DNA from: Mizuhopecten yessoensis
Lineage: Eukaryota
DNA: 64,000 nt
NCBI RefSeq assembly: GCF_002113885.1
Contig: NW_018408820.1
Location: forward strand, 1,284,754-1,348,753
Direction of reading: 5' to 3'
Shown piece by piece: positions 23,186-34,976 of this stretch. The position numbers and the translations under genes were made by a program. Below the pieces are notes generated by a model. That model was given only the letters and a program-made list of their open reading frames with translations. It searched no databases and was not told the DNA's origin. The stretch's first letter is position 1; the number at the start of each line of letters is the position of its first letter.

Positions 23186-26100
23186 TTATCCCTGTACACC
23201 TACGATGTAGTGATTAGAAAATCGGGCACTAAGTTCAACAGCATTGTTGTACAGCTTCATATCTGAAACAAACAGAATTTCAATCACAAATCATTCATGT
23301 TGAAAGCTTTGTTATAGTAACTTACATTTTTATAAGATAAATACCTAACGTAAGTGGTGATGCCTCAGAATTCCAATAAATTACTGCAAGTTTATGCAAA
23401 TTTACATAGGCTAACTGATGAATAACGGCTTTGGCCAAATGAAACATAAACTTGTTCATGATATTCTCATACTTCACCAATAATATCATATTCTGATTTA
23501 TAACAGTATATCCTGACCCTTTCACCCCTATGTAACTTTAGTCAACTCTTGCATGCTTTGATCTGGATGAGTCTATTATGGTCTACAATGGTTAAAGGGT
23601 TCATTTACATTGCACAGATCAAGTCATTTACATATTACGAGTGGCATTAGTAAACTATCCAGTTATCAAAAGGGGTCGGCGGAACTGAATATTCAAAAAT
23701 ATTTAGTCACTTCCAGTAGCTAGTTACCTGCATACATATGTAACAATAGGTAATAAATATATTATAGACATGAACAATTACCAAATGCGTCGGAGGTTTC
23801 CTGGGGGAAGGTGATGTAGTTTTGACAGGAAATGGCATTGTTAGACACAACCTGACCTTCGACCTCTGTCAGGCCAGCAACATATTCACTCAACTGAAAG
23901 AAAGAACAAACTTTAATAGTCAAAATAGTGGGGCAGGATGATAAATGTTGATGCCCGAGTCTGTGTTTGAAATTATATTTTCTCATGGAAACCCTTTTTT
24001 ACAGGAAAGCGCATCATCAGTACTCGGAGTTGTGCTCACTTACATTGTAGGCTTTCTTCACTAATGGAATATGTAATTGAAGGCACAGAGCTGGGCATCT
24101 GATTGGTCTAAAGCGAAAAAACAACCTGACCGATCAGTAGGCGGACACCCGTCATTTGAAGATTACAGAGGCACAACGCAGTATATATATTGACACCTCT
24201 CTTCAAAGTTGGTCAATTTGACCATAGCATCGTCAAAGAATTCTTTTGAAAGTCATACATGTAGTTCTAGAAGTTTTTATTACCCTAAACTGAAGAACAC
24301 TTTTGATGAACAGCAAAGGATCAAACTAGTCTTCTTGTATCATCAACAAGGTTATGCATACCAATCGCGATCCTTCAATTTATTTGTCACATATTCAGAG
24401 GTGCAGAGAGTGTAGATGAGCGAAGTGGTATATATATTGATAGTGCCCACTCTGATTTCTTTACTAACCCCCCAAATTTTGTTTAAAAAAAAAACACTTG
24501 AGAAAACAGCGTCACCATACGCCAAAAGGTAGATCTATATATAGAGGTTTAACACTTTTGACAAATGCCATTGGCATAATCAGACACATCCGATAAAAAA
24601 TAACTGATCAGCGGCACCTTGTGTTGTTACTCCAACAATGTTAGAGGTTTAACACGGCGAGATACTGTTGACAGGCGACGCGTAACCTCTAACTGCCCGT
24701 AGCTGATTTTCCCCGATGCTGACGATCAAATTTTCACAGTTCGGATTTAGAAAAAGTATAGCGTGTTTACATACATTAAAATGTTCAACAGGGTCAAATA
24801 AATATTACTTTTCATATCCATTGCCATGATTAAATGAAAATAATTTCATGTCAAAGGCAGTGATTTCCCAGTTAATACAAAAGTGGATTGCATGCAATGT
24901 TAACAAGCGGAAAACAAACAAACTCGGTATCATTTCATTCCGTTTGAAATCCCCTCTTCCTTTTTGTATCAACCCAAGAAGCCATATATTGTAAAAGTAG
25001 GTCAGAGAAGTGATACATCGACATTGACATGAATTTTGAGTGTTCTATTTCGTAATATACTATATATTTGTGACTATGGCATACATATGGGACAACTATT
25101 ATATAAACCATGAGTAGACATCGTTGTCATGAACTGTGAACCACTTAAGAGAGTTTTTCAAGCCGGATTTCGGGCGGAATCTGCATTAACCCTTATCCCG
25201 CCATTCACTCATGTGTATACACACCACTGCTGTGTATACAATTTGTGGTATACCTCCCACTGCCAAATAAACAACAGCTATATTAATCAAAATTAATTAT
25301 CTGATTAAACCAACAATAACTTTTTATCTTTATAGAATCCAAGAAAATATATATTAAGTGTTTTGTTCAGGAAGACTTCTTCTTTTCATATCAAAAGTAA
25401 TTTTGGATATCTCGCTTACCTTTCCCGAACTACAGGTTAAAAAGCTGAGTTTTGTGTGTATTTTGTATGTAATAAAGATGATTTACATCTAATAAACAGT
25501 TTATTTATTACCATTACCTGAAAAACAATTCCAAGTTTCATAATCAAAAGTACTTAGTATTCTGTCGTAAGAGTCGTCCGTATATTGACGTCAAAAAGAA
25601 GAGAGAGAAAAATGAATAGGGTCGCCGTCACCTGGAATATCTTTGTTCAAACCGGGCCGTCCCGTGAATGGGGCATTTTTGGAGGTACGCTGTGTTGTCG
25701 TCGTCTTCAGGAATGTCCACGTCTTTATATGATCAAAGTCAATATCTTGTACGATTTCTGCCTCACGTAGTAAATCTTCAGGTCCGAATCCCTAAAAGTC
25801 ATTGTCAAATATATCGCTGATAATCTACAGTCGTTCGATTCGTCTTCTGTCAGTTTGTCGTCCGCCATTTTTCCGCGCTGTCAACAAAACCTTGAATCTA
25901 TGCTCTCGCGGTCATGGTGGCTTAGTTTATAAATAAACTGTGGGTATCACGTAGTCAGCCAATGAAATTAAGGTATAAACGAATACGTCATCATTTCTAT
26001 GTAAAGCTAGCAGTGATTTTCTCAACGCAGTTCCGTACTTAAAACGGCAATCCCAGAATCGACATATGCCGCGATCGGCAGTGGAAGGCATGTTTTGCGG

Positions 26101-28036
26101 AACGACATATGCCGCGCTTGGCAGTGGGAAACGGGTTTATAAAAACGACATATGCTGCACTTGGCGGGATAAGGGTTAAAGAATTAGTGCTTTGGAAATA
26201 AGCAATCGGCAAAATCATATCCGATATAAAAAAGACCGACCAGCGGAATACTTGTGTTATAGGAGTAAGTCCGAATTATTTTGACGTTTTATCATTTTAT
26301 CATATCGGTCTGTCGTCGATTAACGTCATAACTCCGGCCCTCAATAATATGCGGGAAATATGCGACCCGCGTCCGGAGCGCACTTCAAACTGATATTTTA
26401 GAAACAAATCGTCACTTTCACACACATGTCGCACATGGATCGAAAGATCTATTCTTCTATCTAATCCAATATGGCCACCACGGCCGCCATTTTGAAAAAC
26501 TATTTCAAACTTAAAGTCAAGTTCTGTTGGCCCGATTGAACTGAAACTTGATAGGAATGATCGACTCATGGTCTTAACAAAGTGTTGTTATTTTTCGGGT
26601 CAATCACAAATCCAATATGGCCGCCACGGCCGCCATTTTGAAAAACTATTTCAAACTTAAAGGCAAGTTCTGCTAGGCTGATTAAACTGAAACTTTGTAG
26701 GAATGATCGACTCATGGTCCTGACAAAGTGTTGTTATTTTTCGGGTCGATCAGAAATACAATTTGGATGCCATGGCCACTATTTTGAAAATACCTATTTC
26801 ATACTTAATTATTTCCTCTTCTTTATCATTTCTGTCCACAGGCCACACCATTTACTCATAAAACATCAAATTCCTTTGATCTGTTGGCAATTTATGGAAA
26901 TTTATGCCAAATTAGTCAATATCGGATCCTTTTCACTATTCTCAACTAGTATATATATAGTTGACAACAAATGCAGGACAGACATCTCCCTGCAGGGTAC
27001 AGTATAAACTTTCTATTATCTTTCTTTTAATGGAAAGCATTTATCATTTATTTATAACAAAAGAACAAAAGCCTTGTTTCGACATACATGATTAAAGATG
27101 ATGACAAACTGTACTTGATAAGTTTTGAATGGTGAGGCTATTTAACTGATTTTTATTTTCAATTTTCCATGTAGAAGAAAAGTGAGTAAATTCCACTTTA
27201 ACAGTTTTTATGGCCATTCAGCAGGGAGTTGGGCTAGCTTTTTACTCACCGGTTCCTGCGTGTTGACCCGTATATCTTGACCATCACTTGTTGTCAGTGT
27301 GAATGCCTGTCCGTTTTGGTCAACCTAATAAATTATACAATGTACATGTATCATAATTGTAGCGTAACTGGACTGGGTCAATCGTGGAATTGATTATATA
27401 TTTATCCAAATCTTATTATCACCAACAGTTTCTGCCAGTAGAGTCCTCCGTTTTGAATCGTTCAAAATTTCACACCTGAGGGAACACCATATTCGTAGGT
27501 GACTTTAATATCAACAAGTCGTACTGATCTGGACAGAAAACGATTTTTTTATCCTTATTTTGAAGAAATAAGAGCAGATTTGTATCAATAAATAATCCAT
27601 TAATTGATATGGTTGATGCACTTTATCTATACTTTCACTTTCTAGTATAAAAATCAGAAACTTTTTATTTCACTTTTATACACACTTTTTTTTATGATAA
27701 ACAACTCTTTGTTAACCAGTTTTACATGTGTCCATATGACGTTCTTATTCATCAAAAGTTCAGACGCTTCAACCGTCATGGAAAATATACAAACTTTTCG
27801 ATACTCGACTGTTTCGGTACCAAGCACATGAACTTGTTGGTTGAGGGGGGTCAGGTGAGAAAATCAGAATATTGCCGATTATTGGGATCCGCGACGTACT
27901 GCTACGTATCTAACTATAGTACAGGTTAGAATCCTAACAAACTTACATCTTTGGCCATCCCTAATACGCACACATTCCGTCCTTGAAAAGATGGAAGCAT
28001 GGAACCATTTACGCGAGTCTTTGAAAAGTCAGCCAT
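23186..28036 (-). CDS. RPA3: Replication protein A 14-kDa subunit (117 aa)
   Basis: Exons 28036-27947 (MADFSKTRVNGSMLPSFQGRNVCVLGMAKD), 27324-27250 (VDQNGQAFTLTTSDGQDIRVNTQEP), 23893-23782 (LSEYVAGLTEVEGQVVSNNAISCQNYITFPQETSDAF) and 23262-23186 (DMKLYNNAVELSARFSNHYIVGVQG*). Canonical GT-AG sites, intron phases 0/0/1, RPA14 OB-fold motifs. Mostly absent from the ORF track. Confidence 0.93.
25190..26175 (-). mobile_element. Non-autonomous piggyBac element with a degenerate transposase 5' remnant, in RPA3 intron 2
   Basis: TTAA TSD at 25186-25189 and 26176-26179; 14-bp TIR CCCTTATCCCGCCA; three subterminal CGACATATGC repeats. Minus strand ~25868-25590 encodes an acidic N-terminus and APFTGRPGLNKDIPGDGDPIHF, typical of piggyBac transposase N-termini, broken by frameshifts. 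Confidence 0.85.
26290..26800 (+). mobile_element. HINE-type repeat with ~147-bp internal units
   Basis: Repeated CCAATATGGCCGCCACGGCCGCCATTTTGAAAAACTATTTCAAACTT...ACAAAGTGTTGTTATTTTTCGGGTC units. Confidence 0.55.
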
Positions 28037-28520
28037 GGTGGAACAAAAGCTGCGATGTGTTTGTCACTTTTGCAGGGTGGATTTCGCGGGATTTTGTAAG
28101 GAATCTCTGTCGTACATGCGATTGAATTCAACTGTTCGACTGTGTTATCAAAGGTCGTACGTGACCGAGATTAATATATATATATATAAGTTTAGAGTCG
28201 GTGACGTCACTTGCTCTTTAATGTTTATATTTATAAATAATTATTTGTCGTGTAACGTTAAAAATGTGTATATGATAATTAATGTGATTACATTGAAAAA
28301 TAAATAATATTAAAGATTCAGTATTTTGTGACATACTTTTTTTATTCGATGGACAACCGGATTGCATACACATGTTGGTAGGTACCGCCCTTGTATTATA
28401 CAACACCAATGAACTTCCGGTGTAAAATGAAAGTAGAAGTTATTTTTAGCTATGTATGCGTCACTTCGCAGTTTGACGTCACTAAACATAACAGGGTGGT
28501 AATCTTGACTGGCCATTGAA
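28037..28520. promoter_or_regulatory. Putative bidirectional promoter between head-to-head RPA3 and UMAD1
   Basis: E2F-like TTTCGCGG at 28082-28089, CRE TGACGTCA at 28202-28209 and 28474-28481, CCAAT at 28406-28410, ETS/GABP ACTTCCGGT at 28413-28421; locally CpG-rich. Confidence 0.55.
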
Positions 28521-29416
28521 TCATCATTTTAGTTTAATGTGATATAGCTCGTCATCATAGAATATTATAAAACGCTATTCACCGTTCATGTGAGAGCTGA
28601 TAGATCTTTAAAGAGCCAGAGATTGTGGGTTGAATCAGTTCTATGAAATGGTTAGTGACAACATATTGTGTTGGATTGGATACATTTTTTACATGTTACT
28701 CAGGTAGACAATATATAATAGACATTGGTCGTTTTCATTCACAGAGTTAAATGTTCAACTTCAGGAAATCGAGACAGAGTGACTTATTGTTTTCAATCAG
28801 ACTGTCAGATCTGCACTGTCCAGTGCCAACAAAAATCTATATTCATATTTTCTCATGGTCACCTGAAGTTGGAGATTGAAAAATACTAAATATGACATAC
28901 CCCATCTTAAGAATAATTAAAATAATGCCAACATGATCTAAGAAAAGGGTTATGACCTCAGACCTGGGCTCAGATGATGTCATATTACTATCCTGTAACA
29001 TACAATGGCTGGCTATTATTCTTTTATCAGGTATGATTATGCTATCTGTGATGCTTATCAAAAAAGTTCACTGTGTTTGACCTCTAACAACGTTGGAGTG
29101 ATGAGTTACCTATTGATTGACAGCACATTGGCTACTTGTTAGTGTCTCGCAGGAGGGGTCGACCTAGTACTTATATCATACTTGGCCACCTAAAATCAGG
29201 TCCTAATATTTTGTGCCAAATTTTATAACAGTGTATGCATGTATAACATTTCTCTGTGTAATAATAACTTGATATATATGTTAGGCCTTTCGTCATAAAG
29301 TCAATGTATAATTTTTCTTTTTCAGATGACGATATAATTAGTACAGAGATGAAACAGAAGCAGAACAGATTTTAAGTGTGCCTAGATCATGCAGGTTTCT
29401 ATAAACATTTTAAGTT

Positions 29417-30397
29417 ATGAATCAGGCTCAAGAAATGTTCTCTTCTCTAATCAGACCACTTACTAATAGGATAAACAACGCAGGGAGGCGTGTCACAAAT
29501 AACCCCCCTGAGAGGGGACAAACACAAGACAATGAAGAAGATGGTTTTTTGGTGGTTGGTCAGAGCAGAAGTGAAAGAACAACTGTGAGAAATTGTGATT
29601 TCACTGGAAATATAAATTCTCCACCAGACTACCATAGTCTGATACAGGTAAATAAATGCATTATGTTTAATTGTATATTTTGTAACAGACCATGCCAACA
29701 TGTTTTTTATACATCAATTAGTTTTATATGTTATTACTACACTTACCTCTTATGAAATTAGAAATGTTTAAATTTAACCTTGAACAATCATTAAGTCAAA
29801 GTACCCTCCTTTGTTTTTATTAAGTTGCAAATACAACAAAAGTATATTCCCACAGTCATGAGTATTGAAATGTGAAAGCATATTTAGATGTAAGATAATG
29901 CTAGAGATTTCTTTTAAACAGACAAAGCATCAATTCACAAACTTTAAACTGAACAGTGTTGACTATCGGTAACTCAACACCCACAAAATTTCACACCACA
30001 CCTAATTTACTCACTTTCGAGACGTAATTTCTTTTTCATTCTTTCTTTTCTTCAGAATCAGGTTACTACAGACAGCAGTGAAAACCTTCCGTCCTACACC
30101 CAATACTGTCGTTCGCTGTCCACGTCCTCCAGCATGAGCATGGAAACATCTCAGTGCACAAACTTCAATCAAAATGCCGCAAATGGCAATTACATGGGAG
30201 ACCAGGACGACATGCTCGGCCACAATACCGCCGTTTCCGACGTCCCCTTTGTGCTGAATCCTCAAATCCAAACCATGGTTGACATTACACATGGCAATGT
30301 GCCTTGCTTACATCAACATCCGATTAACCTGTCCAAGTATTCGTATGACTTCAGTCTGGAGAACTCTATGATTAGTGACACAGACAAGTTTTACTAG
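29417..30397 (+). CDS. UMAD1: UBAP1-MVB12-associated (UMA) domain protein 1 (~190 aa)
   Basis: Coding exons 29417-29647 (exon acceptor at 29325) and 30056-30397. Motifs EEDGFLVVG, SDVPFVLNP and NLSKYSYDFSLENSMI match the UMAD1 N-terminal motif and UMA domain. Confidence 0.88.
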
Positions 30398-30485
30398 ATG
30401 TACCTGTGATAGATCATTCTGACCGTAAATTACCATACCGGTAGTTTTTGATTGGCTGTTATAAAAAATCAATCAAACAAAGGTA

Positions 30486-30696
30486 TACTGTAAAATCATA
30501 CATTTTCATGGGACATTTAATTTGATCATTTCGTGGATAATAAAAATCCACGAAATTAAATCCCTACGAAAAAATAAATTTGGTATGTTATAGATAGGGG
30601 AAAATTAGAAATCAGTGAAATATAATGTCCTTGAAACAGGTGAGTATATGAAAACCACGAAATTTTTACCCCACGAAAATAAATGATTTTACAGTA
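30486..30696. mobile_element. TA-flanked MITE (Tc1/mariner type)
   Basis: TACTGTAAAATCATACATTTTCATGGG ... CCCACGAAAATAAATGATTTTACAGTA. Confidence 0.75.
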
Positions 30697-30775
30697 CATA
30701 TGTTGGCCAGTTTCCCAAGCAAATGAATATACTTTTTAAAACATCAATATGTAGATTGATTGTTTCTCCAGTTAA

Positions 30776-30858
30776 CCCTTTCACCACTGTAGACCATAAT
30801 GGACTCATCCATATCAATGCATGGTAGAATCTACTAAAGTTACATAGGGGTGAAAGGG
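30776..30858. mobile_element. 83-bp piggyBac-type micro-MITE
   Basis: TTAA-CCCTTTCACC...GGTGAAAGGG-TTAA, nearly identical to 16577-16659. Confidence 0.8.
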
Positions 30859-31204
30859 TTAAATTAACAAATTCATTAATTGTTTATGATTATTTATAAC
30901 ATGCATAATATGGTACAACATACATTTTTGTTCGAAATCTGACTAAATAGTGTTGCCCAGTCAAATATTCGCCCATTTCCGATAAAGTCCATGTTAGTGT
31001 AAATATGCCCTTCACATGTAGTTACTATATACTGCATGTTGCTTGCTAACATTTGTTGTCATGATAGATTGGGGAGGGCAAAAAAAGGCGAAAGTAAAAC
31101 TGTGGTGAAAATTTCCTGGTTTATAAGTTGACAATGGTCACAGAAATCGTATATATATGTTCAGAACATTTGCAATACCTCTTCTGTGATGTGAAAGATA
31201 AATT

Positions 31205-31510
31205 TATTTTAATAATAATTAATAATAATTCGAGGTTCTTATATACCGCTTTATCACAATCTAGTTTGTAGGTCTTCTGAAAGTGGTTCATAAATTATTA
31301 TCCATGGTTATAGGGCCTTTGCAACCAGCGAATATCATTCTCAACACCCTGGGGAGCATACAACCAGTGCTTCCATTTCGGCACTCACACCTGGCATTGT
31401 ACAATTCTAGCACTACCCAACCACATACTCATTTACAGCTGAGTAGACTGGAACAAGCGGCGGAAGGTATCTTGCTCAAAGATACAACACAGTGCCGTGA
31501 CGTGAACTAT
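31205..31510 (-). mobile_element. SINE with CORE-like domain and (TTA)n tail
   Basis: Plus-strand CTTGCTCAAAGATACAAC (reverse of the CORE-like GTTGTGTCCTTGGGCAAG), ACTCATTTACAGCTGAGTAGACTGG, and a (TAA)n tail at ~31210-31230. Confidence 0.55.
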
Positions 31511-33008
31511 GCATGCTACAAGCTGTGTCTGTGAAGGGGCGTTATTTTACCCACATACTATTTTATCATTAACATACACTGTACAGGATGTCTAATTGTT
31601 TTACAAGGTCTTTACTTTCATAGACTGGCTACCAGCCCCTTAGGTTATATGAAGAATTTCTCTGCTGCATTTTACTACTAGCTTATCTCCCCCTAGAATC
31701 AGACATCCAAGTGATCAAATTTTTTGAGTTAAACTTTTTTCTTAATAATTCAATATTCTAGAGACGGGGGCCAGTCTATTGCTTTCACAACAACGACTTT
31801 TTGGCAAAACATACACACCATGGTCAAATCAGCAAATATAGACAAAGAAAATATGCGTGTGTTGTGTGTATGAATGGTGTTATCACGTACTGAATATATT
31901 AGTTGCTGTTTGGTGTACTTGGTGATAGGTTTACATAAATGTCTGTGACACTTGTACCTATTTCCCTTTGTCTTCTCTGTTCATTGTATATAATAACATG
32001 CTTGAACTGACATAAAAGAAAGTTTAAACTAAAATGACATTTGCCAAAACAAAGATTTTCAACTGTAATTGGAAACACTCCAAAGAGAAACAAGGTTATA
32101 AAAAAAAAAGTGAAAAGTTGTGATGCAAAAGTTGATTTGCTAATATGACAATGTTAGTTTTATATCACATTGAGGTATACCTGGTACAACTACCTGTGTT
32201 TTATATCCCTACTTATAACCCTATATTTTATTTTTTATATTTTATTTTAAATTGATTTGTCCGAACAGGTTAATCTTCCAAAACTTTGATCTTGATAAAA
32301 GTTATCACTAATGGGCTACCTATATGGAGCAGGCCCAGCATATTGACTTTCTCCACTAGCCTCACTGTCACAAAACATTTCTATTTTAAGAATCTATATA
32401 TATATCATTTTAAGAAATATGCTTTCCTTATTGATAAATAAAAAAAGGTAATTATGTAAAAACTTTGATAAACTGTCCTTTTTTGCAAGAATTAACCACA
32501 ATAAATCGCCTTACACTACTTTGGTGTCCAATTAATACAATCAATACAATTTTTGAAAAATTTACAGATTTGCTTTACCGGGTAATCAGGTGTTATCAGC
32601 CTTTTGCCACTTGGAAAACATCCCAGGATTGTGTGTGCATGATGTGTATTCTGTTCTGTTTTGCAATGAGACTGTGCTTCCAATTTTTTAGTGCTAATTC
32701 GCTTGATTAAGTCAAATACTTCAAGCAAAAAACACTGACTCTGCAACACCCACCCAGACCATTTAATGGCGGTCTGTGTGGAAGGACAGAATTTTATACC
32801 ACTTTGCCAAATCTGCTCAAATTTATTCATTGAAATCTTTTCAATATTCACACTAAATATTTCTTACAATTTGAAAAGAAATGTGAAAATTCCCATAGAT
32901 AGTTCCGTTGAGGTGGTCAATATATAAAATATCTATAACATATCTGTTTAACAGTGTGGTTACAGTGACTGCTGATAATGAAGCCATTTGCTGAATTTTT
33001 TGCTAACA

Positions 33009-33088
33009 TTAACTCATACTTCGTAATGAACTATTCCACCCTTTGAATTGGAAGGATTCAAATGTGTCTTCAGGGGTGAATGAGTTAA
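33009..33088. mobile_element. ~85-bp TTAA-flanked micro-MITE, second family
   Basis: TTAA-CTCAT...GGGGTGAATGAG-TTAA; further copies at ~33927-34019 and ~63645-63735. Confidence 0.7.
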
Positions 33089-33378
33089 ATAAGGTATCTG
33101 ATACCCAATGGAGATGAATATCGAATTAATGCTTTTTGTTTTAACTTACTGATGATCTTATCATTAATGATATTAAACGTTTCAAATTAGAAATTATGTC
33201 CTTTGTTTTGTGATTTATTTTGACTCAACAAAATTTGGAAAATAATTAAGAAGTTTAAATATTAATACAGTATAATGTTAAAAAAGTATATTTAACAGGA
33301 AAGTGAAAAGATTTTTTTCAAATGTATACATACATATGTACATACTAAAAGGACTATGAAGGAAAAAGTCTTTCTTTA

Positions 33379-33794
33379 TGTAGCAGAACTGGACCAGGTC
33401 AATGGTTGGTGACCTTGTATCTCAATTGGTAGAGCGTCCGTCTAGAGTTCGGAGGGTCTCGGGTTCAAAACCTTGTCTGGCCAATACATTTCTCTTTCTC
33501 CTGTTACAGAATTGGCAAGACTTCTTAACCCTTTTTCTAACACTGGGTGAGTGTTTGACATGGGGATACACAAATCTGGGTTGCTAAGTTGCTAATATAT
33601 GCTTAAAGATACATTTTACACTAAAAGTGGTGTCTGTAGGGCCTAAGGCTTAAAATGAAGGGAGGAATGTAGCAGAATTTGACTGGGTCATGTGTGGGCA
33701 ACCAGGTAGCCCAATTGGTAGAGCTTCCATTTAAGAGTTTTTAGGGTCCCAGGTTCAAACCTAGTATGGCCATTGATTACTCTCTCCTGTTACA
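33379..33794 (+). mobile_element. Miniature LTR retrotransposon (TRIM) with tRNA-like LTRs, family A
   Basis: LTRs 33379-33508 and 33668-33794 (TGTAGCAGAA...CTCCTGTTACA), each with an A-box (GTAGCTCAATTGGTAGAGC-like) and a B-box (GGTTCAAA). TGGC follows the 5' LTR, purine tract GAAGGGAGGAA precedes the 3' LTR, and the flanks are TTTA/ATTA. A truncated LTR also lies at 20535-20590. Confidence 0.75.
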
Positions 33795-34400
33795 ATTACA
33801 CCAAATTAATAACAAAAGTTAAGAGGTTAGTAACAGACACTTTTTCTGTTTGTTTTTCACCTGATTGGATATTTTCCTGAATGTTCTATGACACCGATCT
33901 GTATCATGAAGATCAAGGTCACAACAATTAACTCAATTCACCCCTGAAGACACATTTGAACTCTTCCAATTCAAAGGTTGGAATAGTTCATTATGAAATT
34001 TCGGGGGTGAATGAGTTAAGAGACTGCTTGTCTGGACCACTGCTCTGCTGAATATTAATATTATTAAGTGTCTTAAAAAAGATTGTTATGATAAAACAGT
34101 ACCACATATAACTCACAGGTCTGTGCCCTCAGAGTCAAATTCACAGCAAGAGGACAAAGGTCAGATTGCTGCAGTGCTAGTCCAAACGGAAGGTACCTAT
34201 CTCGTGAAGCTTCCATAGACGGTAGTAAGATAACGAAACGAAGGCCACACATGTCTGTTACCGCAATATCAAGGTTAGGGTCACATCAATGGATCAACCA
34301 TGTTTGTGGAAGCAGATCTAAACTCTCTGAACAAGACGTGGTCACCACTTCTAACTCGGCAAAGGGGTTTGGTGACAAGCATTCACTGTTGAGGACACCA

Positions 34401-34772
34401 CGTAAAAGATGTGGATTAATTAGGTTGCCTTACAACCGACAGCTGTAGGGAATTTCCCTTTAGCTCAGCTGGAGAGTCGAGGGTTGCGGGTTCGAGGCCC
34501 AGCGACGTCCTTTTACAAATTGGTGCCGTTGACCCTCCCTGTTCAAGGTAGGAGAACCCTTGGCGGGGAGTCAAAGAACCTGGGTTGGTGTTTGAAAAAA
34601 GGGGGAATAGTGTAAAAGATATGGATTAATTAGGTTGCCTTGCAAGCGTCGGCTGTAGGGAATTTCCCTTTAGCTAAGCGTTAGAGCATCGGGCTGGAGA
34701 TCTAGAGCCAAGGGTCGCGGTTTCGAGCCCCAGCGACGGCACTATCTTTATCACTTTTCTCGTTCTACTACA
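34401..34772 (+). mobile_element. Miniature LTR retrotransposon (TRIM) with tRNA-like LTRs, family B (Helenus-type)
   Basis: LTRs 34401-34517 and 34611-34772 contain TCCCTTTAGCT..(A-box) and GGTTCGAG (B-box). PBS TGGTGCCGTTGACC at 34521, PPT AAAAAAGGGGGAATAG at 34595-34610, 4-bp TSD ACCA (34397-34400 / 34773-34776). Confidence 0.85.
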
Positions 34773-34976
34773 ACCACTTTATGTGGATTGTGCAGGTGTG
34801 TCGTTGTTGACTTAGAAAGTGTGACGTCATACCCGAGTCTCCGCTAGGGGACCTGGCCCCAAGGATTGCGATGAATAATTCTTCATTGGCTCTGAAGACT
34901 TGATTTCTTTTGTTTTTGAAGAATGTAGATATTCTAGTGAAGACTTGAGTCTACCACTAGGTGGATGGAAGTTGAT

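Noticed and set aside
34119-34400. Open frame after an AG, interrupted by the TRIM insertion
   Set aside because: No recognisable domain and no partner exons found.
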